Source of the DNA: Cyanobacteria bacterium P01_A01_bin.123
GTDB taxonomy: Bacteria > Cyanobacteriota > Cyanobacteriia > Phormidesmidales > Phormidesmidaceae
DNA length: 54,698 bases
Direction: 5' to 3'
Assembly: GCA_039815185.1 (NCBI GenBank)
Contig: JBCBZT010000049.1
Location: forward strand, 1-54,698
How positions within the stretch are numbered: position 1 is the first letter of the stretch; each line of letters opens with the position of its first letter. This document shows positions 28,940-38,517 of this stretch, piece by piece. Made by a program: the position numbers and the translations under genes. Under the pieces are notes generated by a model. The model saw nothing but the letters and a program-made list of their open reading frames with translations, was not told where the DNA came from and searched no databases.

Positions 28940-30370
28940 CTACACCCCCTCCAACCCTGTGGATAACCCCTTCTCTCCCCCAGACCCCCACACTTCCCCT
29001 GGAGGTAAATATTCTCCGGGCAGAGATTTCAACGCTACACTCTTCATACTTGTGTCAAGGTGTAAAAAAACGTTGCCCATCAAGGGTTGTGACGGCTTCG
29101 GTTGATGATCTTCTAGGCTGGGTATTTGCCCTTTATTTCGGGCTAGAACCCCTGCCAATAGGAAGTTTTTACACCCTTCGTCGCAGACGGCTGGATGCCA
29201 TAGCTCTTTATGCTTGTAGAGTGTCTTTGTTGAGACACCGATTTTGTTGACCAGCGCTTTAACCCAATCGGTAACGGTTTGAAGCTTGTCTCCTAGTTCA
29301 GCATGTAGCGCGATGACGGCCCTATATATCCTCTGAGATGCTTCATCCGCCCTCTGCTGGTTGCCATTGGGCACATCCACAGAGACGGGGTAGGGAGCTT
29401 TTTTGTAGGGTTGTGTCCCCGCTGGATAGTAGTAGTTCTCAACCGATCGCGCCCAGCTAGCAGCACGGCGGTTGATCTCTAATCGGTGCTGACACCAGCG
29501 GTCATAGCCGGGAGATGATTGGGCAGTGTCGCTGGTGTACTGGGCTAAGTCAGCCCCCTCTAGCCCTAGAAAGACACGGCCATAGGTGGCAATGCTCTTA
29601 AGGATGTGGTTGGTTTGCCCGAAGTCTGTCCAGCCTTCACCTATCTCGCTCTCCAAGTCTTCTCGCCACTGGCGCAACGGGGTCAATATGCGGCGTCTTC
29701 CCCGGTTGCGTTTGGCAGTGGCGAGCGCCTGTTTCAGCAATTCATCGTCTTGGGCCTGGGCAGCATAGTCCCAGCTCCAAAAGAAGCGTTTGAGTTCTCC
29801 CCCCACGGGTTGCAAATCATGGTTAAGCAGTGCCGAACCGCTGCCGGGTTGCAATGGCAGACGATGGCCGTTGTACTCAACAAATTCACCCAACCAGCAC
29901 CGGCCAAAGGTTTTACGGTTTGGGAAAATCTCTAATTGACCAGGCGCGATGGTGAACCCCTGCGCTTTTAGTGCGCCCTTGATGGCGACGGCCAGATTAA
30001 ACGTGTTGACTGGCTCAGGCAGAGGGATATAGATGTGGATGCCCCCTGACCAAGATGATCTCACCTTGACAGTTCGCACGATGCCGAGGGTTTCTAATGC
30101 ACCCTCGATGTCAGCGATCGCTTTCGAGTTTAGATAGTCACTCTTGCAGTCGATGTCGAGCATCGCGTAAGCGGTTGTGCTGCCAAACCGGACGCCGATT
30201 TGGACGGCAGCATCCTGCCAGTGCTTCCAGAGCAATCGGGGTCGCAAGGGATAGCGTGTCTCGGTTACCCAGTTATGATCATCATGCTTTAACAAAAACT
30301 GCCAGGGGTAGCGGCAAAAGGTTTCGCAGATGCGTTGACCCATCAGGTCTTGGGGTAGCGGGTTTGTCAT
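28940..30370 (-). CDS. Putative AEP-type primase / replication protein
   Basis: LDID motif, RSSWSGGIHIY, LEIFPN, RLPL; C-terminal HTH-like GVSTKTLYK. Confidence 0.7.
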   Translation of the reverse strand: MTNPLPQDLMGQRICETFCRYPWQFLLKHDDHNWVTETRYPLRPRLLWKHWQDAAVQIGVRFGSTTAYAMLDIDCKSDYLNSKAIADIEGALETLGIVRTVKVRSSWSGGIHIYIPLPEPVNTFNLAVAIKGALKAQGFTIAPGQLEIFPNRKTFGRCWLGEFVEYNGHRLPLQPGSGSALLNHDLQPVGGELKRFFWSWDYAAQAQDDELLKQALATAKRNRGRRRILTPLRQWREDLESEIGEGWTDFGQTNHILKSIATYGRVFLGLEGADLAQYTSDTAQSSPGYDRWCQHRLEINRRAASWARSVENYYYPAGTQPYKKAPYPVSVDVPNGNQQRADEASQRIYRAVIALHAELGDKLQTVTDWVKALVNKIGVSTKTLYKHKELWHPAVCDEGCKNFLLAGVLARNKGQIPSLEDHQPKPSQPLMGNVFLHLDTSMKSVALKSLPGEYLPPGEVWGSGGEKGLSTGLEGV

Positions 30371-30420
30371 GATAAGTTAGATGCTCGGTAAATGGAAAAG
30401 GCAGGTAACTCCCTTGTGAG

Positions 30421-30627
30421 TTACCTGCCTTTTTTTGTCGGTTGGTTTAGGAAAGCTTGTAAATCAAGCGGTTCGATCAATCTCAGGGTTTGTTCCCACA
30501 ACCGGATTTCTCGCTCTCCGGGCGATCGCCGTACAAAGTCTTGCACGACGTATTTGAGCGTCTGGATTTGGCTTGCATTACGCTGAATGGCTGGTTCTAT
30601 ACGTTGTTGCCAAAGTTGCTGATCCAT
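30421..30627 (-). CDS. Small hypothetical protein
   Basis: 68-aa ORF heading the rep/xis operon. Confidence 0.55.
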   Translation of the reverse strand: MDQQLWQQRIEPAIQRNASQIQTLKYVVQDFVRRSPGEREIRLWEQTLRLIEPLDLQAFLNQPTKKGR

Positions 30628-30652
30628 TGGGAAAAACCTATGAACATTGTTG

Positions 30653-30684
30653 AATAGCAGCCCTTAAGGCCAAGGGCTGCTATT
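30653..30684. terminator. 13-bp perfect hairpin in the divergent intergenic region
   Basis: AATAGCAGCCCTT-AAGGCC-AAGGGCTGCTATT followed by Ts. Confidence 0.6.
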
Positions 30685-30772
30685 TTTAGCCTGTGACACA
30701 GATCACAGGACAATTAGTCCGAGCGGGAATGCCGGGAAGCTTTACCCCGCTGGAAGATGTCGTTTAGCAGGA

Positions 30773-30800
30773 CTGACGAAGTGACTAGACATTTCGTCAG
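30773..30800. promoter_or_regulatory. Candidate operator palindrome
   Basis: CTGACGAAGTGACTAGACATTTCGTCAG is a near-perfect 28-bp dyad immediately before the HTH gene. Confidence 0.55.
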
Positions 30801-30803
30801 ACG

Positions 30804-31091
30804 ATGTGTATGGTAATGCCTAGTGACCAAAAAGATCAAGCGGAGACACCACCGTTGAAGCAGATCCGAGAAGCCCTCAACCTTTCTCAAGAAAAGTTCG
30901 CACGGTTTATAGGTTGTTCTGCCAAGAAAATCTCTAGAGGTGAAAACGGCGGAAACGTCCTGTGGACTATGGCTGAAGCGAAAGCACTGGATAAGTTCAT
31001 GCAGAAAGAATTTGGATTAACGATCCATGATCTGCCTGACGACATGAGTCAGCCAATTGCAAAGCTTACTTTCCTGGAAAAGGCTGGGTAA
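30804..31091 (+). CDS. Cro/C1-type (XRE) HTH regulator
   Basis: LKQIREALNLSQEKFARFIGCSAKKISRGENG. Confidence 0.9.
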   Translation: MCMVMPSDQKDQAETPPLKQIREALNLSQEKFARFIGCSAKKISRGENGGNVLWTMAEAKALDKFMQKEFGLTIHDLPDDMSQPIAKLTFLEKAG

Positions 31092-31384
31092 TGACCAAAC
31101 GATTAAGCCGGGGGCGGCTGTCAACCTCAACCCCCGGTTACCCTACTGTGGAGGATGAACCAATGAGGCCGATACGAATTAATGATGCGGTAAAGTACCG
31201 TCAATTCAAGGCTTATAGAGAACAGTTAGAGTTTCATAGGATACCCTCGATGCTGGCTCATGATGTTGCCTGGGTTCTCATCTTTGATGAGGTGCCCAAG
31301 CATCACCACAGTGAGGCGGATCAGGCAATGGTGAGAGCGGCTTATGATTTGCTGTTCCGGGGTCATCGGGGAGGTGTGGCGTGA
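31091..31384 (+). CDS. Hypothetical protein
   Basis: Translationally coupled (TAATG) to the HTH gene. Confidence 0.65.
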   Translation: MTKRLSRGRLSTSTPGYPTVEDEPMRPIRINDAVKYRQFKAYREQLEFHRIPSMLAHDVAWVLIFDEVPKHHHSEADQAMVRAAYDLLFRGHRGGVA

Positions 31385-31884
31385 TTGATCCAGATGCAAA
31401 TGCATTTCCCATCTTTGAAGCTAGCGGACGGTACAACCCTTTAGAAGCTGGTCTTACAAAGCGTGAGTATTTCGCGGCGATGGCAATGCAAGGCATTTTG
31501 GGCAGTGACGTTGAAGGTACTTGCAGCTACGAAGCTTTTGCCAAATCTAGCGTTAAGCAAGCTGATGCATTGATTGCAGCGCTCAACAGTCCTGAGCATG
31601 AACCTGTAGCTGACTCCACACTAAATTTGCAAGACATCATTGCAACAACATGTTTGTCGATTGGTGGAGACTATAACGTTAGAGTCCGACTCTCTACCCT
31701 TCGCCAAAATTTGAGCAGCCTACCTCGGACAGAACTTGATCAGGCATTGAAAGACATGCAGATTTCTGGGCGGCTTGTTCTTATGACCTTGGATAACCCT
31801 CAAGAAATTACTGCGGATGATGAAGCCGCAGCAATCGATATGGGCTCACCAAATAAGCGTCACATTTTGTATTTGAATAGATGA
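31381..31884 (+). CDS. Phage-type hypothetical protein
   Basis: AFP...GLTKREYFAAMAMQG...ADALIAAL motif, common in phage accessory proteins. Confidence 0.8.
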   Translation: MIDPDANAFPIFEASGRYNPLEAGLTKREYFAAMAMQGILGSDVEGTCSYEAFAKSSVKQADALIAALNSPEHEPVADSTLNLQDIIATTCLSIGGDYNVRVRLSTLRQNLSSLPRTELDQALKDMQISGRLVLMTLDNPQEITADDEAAAIDMGSPNKRHILYLNR

Positions 31885-32225
31885 ACTTAAAGCACTTGGC
31901 GATCGCCATGGCTTTATCCACTGTCACCCTCATTGGCTTTGCTTGCACCAGGGCAGAGCTTAAAACCTTCTTAAATACTGAATCCGAACCTGAAGCTATG
32001 GGGGCATCCCCTGAGCCATGGGGAACGGGCAACATGCTATCGCAAGACCAAGTGAATGTGATGGGGGGATTAGCTTGGCCGCAAGAGTACAGAGACATGA
32101 TCGGCACGTTTGGTTACCCAGAAAAGCGGAATCACGGAGTTGACTACTATCTCTCACCAGAAGGGAAATGGATAGCTGTTTACTACAACAGCGCGGGGCA
32201 AGCGACCGGATACGGCTATGAATAG
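31881..32225 (+). CDS. Putative lipoprotein / exported protein
   Basis: Signal-like N-terminus ending GFAC; ATGA overlap with the upstream gene. Confidence 0.7.
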   Translation: MNLKHLAIAMALSTVTLIGFACTRAELKTFLNTESEPEAMGASPEPWGTGNMLSQDQVNVMGGLAWPQEYRDMIGTFGYPEKRNHGVDYYLSPEGKWIAVYYNSAGQATGYGYE

Positions 32226-32308
32226 ACCCGCTTTTCAGTAGCGACAGGGCAACCCATTTGCCGGGGTTGGTAACACAGTAATTTATTGCAACTAAGGAGA
32301 CTACAATT

Positions 32309-32575
32309 ATGGGGTGGCCGTTTAAGACTCGTATGGCAGCCGTCAATAATGCGGTTGAAGGAGCTAAATTTCAGGAAAAAAAGCGGAAGGAAGCTGAAAA
32401 TGACGGGAACGAAACAAAGGAAAAGCGTCATAGAGACTATCGTGAGCACACTTTTAAAGGTGCTGAGCAACATTTGGGGAAAGCTCGTGAGGAAACCAAC
32501 GAAGCTATCAAACAGCGAGACTCAGACGGAATTCCAAGTGCCGAAGAAGGAAGTAGAAAAGGTTGGTTTTGGTGA
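32309..32575 (+). CDS. Charged hypothetical protein
   Basis: ATG at 32309 preceded by AAGGAG; reads as a helical charged protein. Confidence 0.6.
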   Translation: MGWPFKTRMAAVNNAVEGAKFQEKKRKEAENDGNETKEKRHRDYREHTFKGAEQHLGKAREETNEAIKQRDSDGIPSAEEGSRKGWFW

Positions 32576-32624
32576 ATATCATGCAGACTTCTTCACCATT
32601 AACTTTACTACTTTCGGAGACAAC

Positions 32625-32960
32625 ATGAATGTTCTCGTAATGGCTGATGAATTGCCGGAACCCTTTTATCCTGACCTATTAAAGTTTGCTGCTCACTACT
32701 CTCCGTCAGGGATTGTTGAATTAGAAATTGCCGGGGAAAATCGCAGCGTTCTTTATCAAGCCGTTCCCGTTATGGATCTTGAGAAAGCCCATAGTGAGCT
32801 TTCTCAAATTGAAGAGGGGTGGCAATTAAAAGATGATGGAAAACTGTTAATTCCGCCACTAGAGTCCAAAATCCCCTACGACAAGTTCCGAGATGTTCTA
32901 AGGTCGGCTTCTTATGAAGCTATGACTTTAGTTAATCAAGACCTTTTGAATGCAGCATAA
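32625..32960 (+). CDS. Hypothetical protein (C-terminal part of the 32286-32960 frame)
   Basis: GGAG precedes the ATG of MNVLVMADEL. The upstream part of this frame overlaps another ORF. Confidence 0.5.
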   Translation: MNVLVMADELPEPFYPDLLKFAAHYSPSGIVELEIAGENRSVLYQAVPVMDLEKAHSELSQIEEGWQLKDDGKLLIPPLESKIPYDKFRDVLRSASYEAMTLVNQDLLNAA

Positions 32961-33159
32961 GCTTATATTATGACTCTAGCTATTGATTAGTTTAAATAAC
33001 TCTTTTTGGAAATATAACCTTCTGTATCTCTCGCTATACTCCAAAGATCGCGTTAGCTGGACTAAGCACATCATTAGCCAAGCAATAATGGCTACCAGTA
33101 TATTTATCAGAACATCTTCTGAAGACATAGCACCCACTAAAACGATAATTTGGAGTGCC

Positions 33160-33459
33160 CTAACTGCTCCGGTTGCGATTCAAGATCTCGCTAATTGATT
33201 CATCTGAGCCACGGGTAACCAGGATTTGCAAAAAGCTCTTTACATCTCTGATATCTGCCTCTAAGTTGTCCAACCTTCGATCCATTTCTCGGCTTTGCTG
33301 TGTGATGATGCTAGACATCTGCTCATACTGCCTCTTGAGGTGCCCAAAATCTCGTTGGGCCGCATATTGCTTTTCAATCGAACCTTTATACCAAAGCAGT
33401 GCACCAGCAGCAAAGGAAATTGCTCCTAACGCTATAGATAGAACATTTCCCCAGTCCAT
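33160..33459 (-). CDS. Small membrane-anchored coiled-coil protein
   Basis: N-terminal TM segment followed by a heptad-like helix. Confidence 0.7.
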   Translation of the reverse strand: MDWGNVLSIALGAISFAAGALLWYKGSIEKQYAAQRDFGHLKRQYEQMSSIITQQSREMDRRLDNLEADIRDVKSFLQILVTRGSDESISEILNRNRSS

Positions 33460-33462
33460 AGT

Positions 33463-33795
33463 TTAGATCCACTCGCTAAGAGAAACAGCCCAATTAATTG
33501 CAATTGTATTAGCTGGATAAAGCCTTTTCCTAACTTGCACCTTCGGAAACTCAGCATCTATCGGCAACAGGAAATCCAGCCGATAAACCTCTTCTACGGC
33601 CCCCTTTGGGTACAACTGTACCCAATCAGCACTGAATAAATCAGCTTCCCACTGCAACCGTAGAAACCCACGGGGAAACCGCCCTGCTCTAAAGTTGCCC
33701 GTGAAACTAGCCCTGATGACATCACTTGTCAGCGATCGTGAAATTGTTTGCCAGTCATCCCCCGCAGAGATCGACCCGATCGCCCGCCACACCAT
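33463..33795 (-). CDS. Hypothetical beta-rich protein (putative virion component)
   Basis: Coupled in the minus-strand operon; alternating beta-strand pattern. Confidence 0.65.
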   Translation of the reverse strand: MVWRAIGSISAGDDWQTISRSLTSDVIRASFTGNFRAGRFPRGFLRLQWEADLFSADWVQLYPKGAVEEVYRLDFLLPIDAEFPKVQVRKRLYPANTIAINWAVSLSEWI

Positions 33796-34037
33796 TAAAA
33801 AATCACCCAGTCATCATCAGCCTGAATGATGTCTTGCTCCCTTTCCTCATACTCACCCGAGTTGAGATAGTCCCGCGCCTGGGCTTGGGTGACAGGTTCC
33901 ATCACCTCAGACCCAGGACGGACAATAAACGTAAAATCCCCCCCAGTGGCCGCTGTAACTTCCCGCCAGTTTGGGGGCGGGGTTTGATACAGCGTCAAAT
34001 TAAACAGCGGATCGCCGGGGAGAATTAGCTGAGTCAT
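33795..34037 (-). CDS. Hypothetical phage-like protein
   Basis: MTQLILPGDPLFNLTL start follows the stop of the upstream gene; TAATG coupling downstream. Confidence 0.65.
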   Translation of the reverse strand: MTQLILPGDPLFNLTLYQTPPPNWREVTAATGGDFTFIVRPGSEVMEPVTQAQARDYLNSGEYEEREQDIIQADDDWVIF

Positions 34038-34041
34038 CACA

Positions 34042-34638
34042 CTAAGGCGTCTGTAAGGGGTCTTGACCTTCAGATTGATATTTCCAACCATCCGCTAACT
34101 GTGAGTTGGGATCAACAAAGGTGCTAATCGTATTGGTTTCATCCCCCAACACGATGGTTTGATAAGCTCTAGGCGGCTTCGGACTAGATGCTCCCCAAAT
34201 CAAATCTGAATCATCAGACGTGGCCGCCCGGACTCCCATCTGAGTTAAATCAGCTTGGTACGCTTGCCAGTTGCGTAGCGGAATATTCCAAGCATATTTA
34301 ACCCCCAGCAGCGTCACGTACACAGAAATAGAAAACTGAGTTGATCCTCCCCTGCGAATCTTGGCCTTCCCCACCCGCCATCCCTGCGTCCTCGCCGTGG
34401 GAATCGCCGCTACATCGATAAAACTGCTCACTGTACCCGAGGCAAACCGCCTTGATGCCCGAGCAGGCTTCGGGCTATTCGCCCCAATCACCGTACCCGC
34501 TGGGGTATCCCCCGTAATCTCGTTGTGGCCCAGCTGGGCACTTTGGGCCGTATCAATATTGGTCTTGAACCCATAGTTGAATAACGCCCCATTAAAGGGC
34601 ACCACCGACACCAATCGCCGCGAATCATAAACCCCCAT
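34042..34638 (-). CDS. Hypothetical protein with internal duplication (putative structural)
   Basis: Strong RBS AGGAGG; repeated motif GANSPKPARA / GASSPKPPRA. Confidence 0.8.
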   Translation of the reverse strand: MGVYDSRRLVSVVPFNGALFNYGFKTNIDTAQSAQLGHNEITGDTPAGTVIGANSPKPARASRRFASGTVSSFIDVAAIPTARTQGWRVGKAKIRRGGSTQFSISVYVTLLGVKYAWNIPLRNWQAYQADLTQMGVRAATSDDSDLIWGASSPKPPRAYQTIVLGDETNTISTFVDPNSQLADGWKYQSEGQDPLQTP

Positions 34639-34689
34639 CGGGTTATCCTCCTGTTTATTGGATTAATTAACTTGATTGACTGTGGAGGA

Positions 34690-35046
34690 CTAGACCGCGC
34701 CAGTAATTTCAGACTCCTGAAGCGGCACTGACACCCGAATCGTATGCGTTTTAACTGATACGATACTGCCGTCTGTTTGGGTGACTGGGTTGCCCCTTGT
34801 GGGCGATGGGAAGCCGTTTAAGGGCGTTGTGGGGGCTGGGTCAGTGGAGTTATAAGCAACCTGTGCGGTGCTGGCTCCCGACAACAGCTTAGAAATCGCT
34901 TCAGATACTTTTTCGTCCGTCAACGCAACAGCCGTTTCACCCATCAGTGTCTTAAGGCTAATGGTGACATCATTGTTGCCAGCATCCTCAACGAGCGCAT
35001 TAGCGGGCAACTGAGCTGCCAGGTTAGTAAAAGTTAGATCCGCCAT
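34690..35046 (-). CDS. Hypothetical protein (putative structural), paralog of 35213-35557
   Basis: Shares AD..F..L.A.LP.N, NDV.IS.K, AQ..YN and V.VPL...EITG with the neighbour. Confidence 0.8.
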   Translation of the reverse strand: MADLTFTNLAAQLPANALVEDAGNNDVTISLKTLMGETAVALTDEKVSEAISKLLSGASTAQVAYNSTDPAPTTPLNGFPSPTRGNPVTQTDGSIVSVKTHTIRVSVPLQESEITGAV

Positions 35047-35212
35047 GATTTCAATCCTTGCTCAAGCCATTTGAACAAGCTCAGCATAGCCGAATCAAAC
35101 TGCCGCAAACCCCTGCTATTGCTGACTTAAATCGTTTGAAATTGTTGTAGGAACCCTTAGGGTTCTGACAAACCTCCAACAACTTAGAAGGGTGCCATTA
35201 ATTTTTATTAAG

Positions 35213-35557
35213 TCAGAAGGTCACCCCAGTGATCTCATCAGAATTCAAAGGAACTTGCACCGTTAACGTCTGGACACGTAGAGCCGTTAACCCTCCACTG
35301 CCGTCAGTTGTGGGGATGCCATAGGTCGGGGGGTGATAGGAGCTTAGCTCCGGCGTGTTTCTAGCGTTATAAAACGCTTGGGCCTTAGCCGCTGCGAGTA
35401 ATAGGGTTGATAACGCTTGAGCTACCTTGCGGTCTAATCCGTTCACATCGCTGCCAATCATTGCTTTGATCGAAATTTTCACGTCGTTATCGCCATAAAT
35501 CAGCGTGTTGTTTGGCAAGTTTGCTTGTAGTTCGGCAAAGCTAATATCAGCAGTCAT
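35213..35557 (-). CDS. Hypothetical protein (putative structural), paralog of 34690-35046
   Basis: End-to-end similarity to the adjacent ORF. Confidence 0.8.
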   Translation of the reverse strand: MTADISFAELQANLPNNTLIYGDNDVKISIKAMIGSDVNGLDRKVAQALSTLLLAAAKAQAFYNARNTPELSSYHPPTYGIPTTDGSGGLTALRVQTLTVQVPLNSDEITGVTF

Positions 35558-35610
35558 CTTGGAAGCCTTTCGATAAAATTTGAAAATATCTTAACGCTGG
35601 GAGTTCAGCT

Positions 35611-36426
35611 GTGCCGGAAATTCAGCAGGTTTATAGCCGTTCTGTCCAAATCCTTCATCAATTCAATCGTCAGTCAGGGGACAAGATTAAAACTATCTAT
35701 CAACCCGGCGTTTTAACCCCCTTTGACCAAACCCATAGCCTCAGATTTTATGGCTTTATTACTGAGTTAAAGTGCAAGATTGATATTAAAAGCTTGGCTG
35801 AGTCTGAGTTGCCGAATGTTGATGTGAATACCAGTCGAACTGACCGCGTTGCTGCTGTTCGAGATTTAGAATGGAAAAGTGAAAGAAAGCAGCTGGATTT
35901 GTTCCTAGCCACTACTGACAGCGGCGGCTGGATACAGATTGCCAGTCTAAGCCTGTTAAATAGACTGCCCTTTTATATTGTTAATCTGTTGGCCTACCTC
36001 AGCAGCAATATTGCGTTTCAGGTTGCCAGTAATGCCAAGTTAGGACTAGCCATCACCGACGTGGGTTATGGGCTGCTGGATGGGAACGACACGGTTACGA
36101 TTTTCGGAGCGGCAAAAGAAGAGATTACAACGCTGCCCAGTCACTCGCCTGTTATCACCACGGCTCAAAACTATGCTGTCCCGGTTGGCACTCAATCAGC
36201 CACGGCATTAACGCTTAATCCCCATCGGAAACAGGCGACTTTTGTGAATCGCTCCAATACTGAAACAGTTTGGCTCAGCTATGCGCCAATGGCTGAGTTG
36301 GGTAAGGGCTTAGAATTGCGTCCGCGTGGGGGAGCCTATGAGATTAACAACAGCAATCCCTATCAAGGGGCTGTATCAGCCATTGCTTCTGGCAATGCAG
36401 AACTATCCATCATGGAAGCGGTTTAA
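35611..36426 (+). CDS. Hypothetical protein, putative virion protein
   Basis: 271 aa; C-terminal beta-sandwich-like segment RKQATFVNRS..TVWL...GLELRPRGGAYE...YQGAVSAI. Confidence 0.75.
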   Translation: MPEIQQVYSRSVQILHQFNRQSGDKIKTIYQPGVLTPFDQTHSLRFYGFITELKCKIDIKSLAESELPNVDVNTSRTDRVAAVRDLEWKSERKQLDLFLATTDSGGWIQIASLSLLNRLPFYIVNLLAYLSSNIAFQVASNAKLGLAITDVGYGLLDGNDTVTIFGAAKEEITTLPSHSPVITTAQNYAVPVGTQSATALTLNPHRKQATFVNRSNTETVWLSYAPMAELGKGLELRPRGGAYEINNSNPYQGAVSAIASGNAELSIMEAV

Positions 36427-36428
36427 TC

Positions 36429-36599
36429 ATGGATTATTTGCGGTTTTCAGACTTCCAACAACCCGAAAACCTAATATTTTATGACCCTATTTTTAACTGT
36501 GGTGAATTTGAGTATTTAATTCTACATGCTGAAATGTATCAGCGCAGAGAGCTTTCCTATGGGGTGATTTACCCAATCACCGAGGAAAGCTTTATATGA
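36429..36599 (+). CDS. Small hypothetical protein (56 aa) absent from the ORF track
   Basis: MDYLRFSDF...TEESFI* exactly fills the operon gap, with an ATGA overlap on the next gene. Confidence 0.6.
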   Translation: MDYLRFSDFQQPENLIFYDPIFNCGEFEYLILHAEMYQRRELSYGVIYPITEESFI

Positions 36600-38515
36600 T
36601 GCGTTTTTTGCGGAATCGATATGGACAACCGGGGGGGATTGGCAATGTCATCGGCGATGCTGGCCTAGCGGAGGATTTTCTAGAAGATCCAGTTGCAACA
36701 GCCTTAGGCGGGGCTCAGCGTGATGCGTGGGCGCGTGGTGATATCAGAACCTTTGCTGGGGCAACTGCATTAAGGGCCATTATTCCCAATGGGCAGGCCC
36801 CAGCAGGTGATCCGGTTCCCCGTGATTGGTTGGTACCAGCGCCATTAGGCTTCTATGTATCGCCTAATGAACCTGTGGATCCGAGGGATTGTGACCGTTG
36901 GCCGACCTCACCGTTTTGTGGTGGAACGGGTTTGAGTCCAACTCGTTTAGGGTTTGATGTTGATTTTACGTTTAACGCGTGTGAAGTTTGCTGGGTTGTC
37001 AACCCTCGACTGGCTTTTGTCTCACTGTCCCCTTATTTTGTCTGTTTCCGGCTACCGAGTTGTCGAGAAACCTTACAAACTCAACCTGTTGAGCCAGTCA
37101 GACCAGAATCACCGTTTATCTTGCCGCCGATTCCAAACGCCTTAACCATCCCAGGGCATTGTCGATTAGTGCTGGGTCGATATTATTACGCTTACGAAGA
37201 TTCTGCGCCTCGCCCATCCATTAGAATCTACAATTCAGGGCCAGGATTTAACGGTGCAGGCCGATTGCCTAATCCATCTTGGAGCACTGAAACGACAGCT
37301 AGCTATGATTGGATTGAAGCAGCAATTACCCATGTCGTCGGGTTTTATGGGGTTCAAGAACTGGGTATAGGCTGGATTTCAACCCAGATATCGCGGGAGC
37401 AAGCGATTCAAATTGTGGGGACATCTGTTGCGGGGCGTCCTATCAAGAGAAGATATTGGAATCAGCACGGGGGAATCAGGGTGATCAATTATTCGATGTG
37501 GCGCGATTTCCCCCATGGCTTTGTTGTTCCAGGAACCAGCATTCCGATACAACAAGCTGCCTTTGGTTTAATCGATGACTCAATCCAAAACTCTCCCAGT
37601 GCCTGGGGACTCAATGCTCAGGGTTGGGGGCTGATTCTAAATTCGTGTGCCGTTGTTGATCTACCACAACCTGAGGAACGATTACCGATGCCGTGCAATT
37701 GTGATGAGTTAGAGGAAATGGTTCGGGGGATTTATAATCGCCTGGGTGTTGAGGATTACCCGGTTGAATTGCCCGCTAAGTTATTTGATGACAGTGAGCG
37801 AGAATTTACAGTTGAGTCTAATGCTCAATACCTGACGTGGCTGGTTGAACAAATTGATGGCTTAACGGGTCAGTTCCCAATTGAACTAGAAATCGAAGAT
37901 ATCGATCCAATCCAGCAAGGCAATCAGAAGCAGCAAATTACACTGCCTAACCTGGCTGAGTCTTTAGCTGATATTTATGCCTTGAGTCTCAAAAACAATG
38001 TTGATAGTCATGTTCAGATTGAATTCTTGACTCGCTTAACGGCTGAGATACTCTCAACTAAAATTGCCACGTTAATCACTCAAGACTATACACGGGCTAA
38101 CGCTGATTTCCTGGGCTACGAAGGGAATCCAGTCAATCGAGAGGTTGACTCAAACTTTAACCCAGATCCTGAAGCAATGGACAACTTTAACAAGTTGTTT
38201 AGGCAGTCACGCAAGCGGTTTAAGGGCTGGAAGAACGACAGTCGGGAGACGGTTCTAGATTACCTCCAGAAAAACCAGTTTATCAACGGAATCCTGAAGG
38301 AAGTGTTCTTTCGGGGGAATGACCGAATCGCAGAAGTTCAAGCCGAAATCGACGAATCTTTGAAAGACCAGGGTGATAGGGATTCCAATTGGGATTCGTT
38401 TATCCAAGAAACTGAGGACGGCGCTTCATTGCGCAATAGTAATCAGCCAAGACCGAGAATTACCGATTTGAATAACCTTGATGATGTCTTTGGAGATATT
38501 CAGCCTGGGGGATAA
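36596..38515 (+). CDS. Large hypothetical protein (putative minor structural / adsorption protein)
   Basis: 639 aa; Cys/Pro-rich N-terminal half and helical C-terminal half. Confidence 0.8.
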   Translation: MMRFLRNRYGQPGGIGNVIGDAGLAEDFLEDPVATALGGAQRDAWARGDIRTFAGATALRAIIPNGQAPAGDPVPRDWLVPAPLGFYVSPNEPVDPRDCDRWPTSPFCGGTGLSPTRLGFDVDFTFNACEVCWVVNPRLAFVSLSPYFVCFRLPSCRETLQTQPVEPVRPESPFILPPIPNALTIPGHCRLVLGRYYYAYEDSAPRPSIRIYNSGPGFNGAGRLPNPSWSTETTASYDWIEAAITHVVGFYGVQELGIGWISTQISREQAIQIVGTSVAGRPIKRRYWNQHGGIRVINYSMWRDFPHGFVVPGTSIPIQQAAFGLIDDSIQNSPSAWGLNAQGWGLILNSCAVVDLPQPEERLPMPCNCDELEEMVRGIYNRLGVEDYPVELPAKLFDDSEREFTVESNAQYLTWLVEQIDGLTGQFPIELEIEDIDPIQQGNQKQQITLPNLAESLADIYALSLKNNVDSHVQIEFLTRLTAEILSTKIATLITQDYTRANADFLGYEGNPVNREVDSNFNPDPEAMDNFNKLFRQSRKRFKGWKNDSRETVLDYLQKNQFINGILKEVFFRGNDRIAEVQAEIDESLKDQGDRDSNWDSFIQETEDGASLRNSNQPRPRITDLNNLDDVFGDIQPGG

Positions 38516-38517
38516 TC

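Noticed and set aside
32286..32624. N-terminal half of the 224-aa ORF
   Set aside because: TTG start without a clear RBS, overlapping a better-supported ORF (32309-32575) in another frame.
35144..35172. Palindrome around GAACCCTTAGGGTTC as a replication or packaging origin
   Set aside because: It is short and imperfect with no supporting context, and could equally be a terminator or chance.
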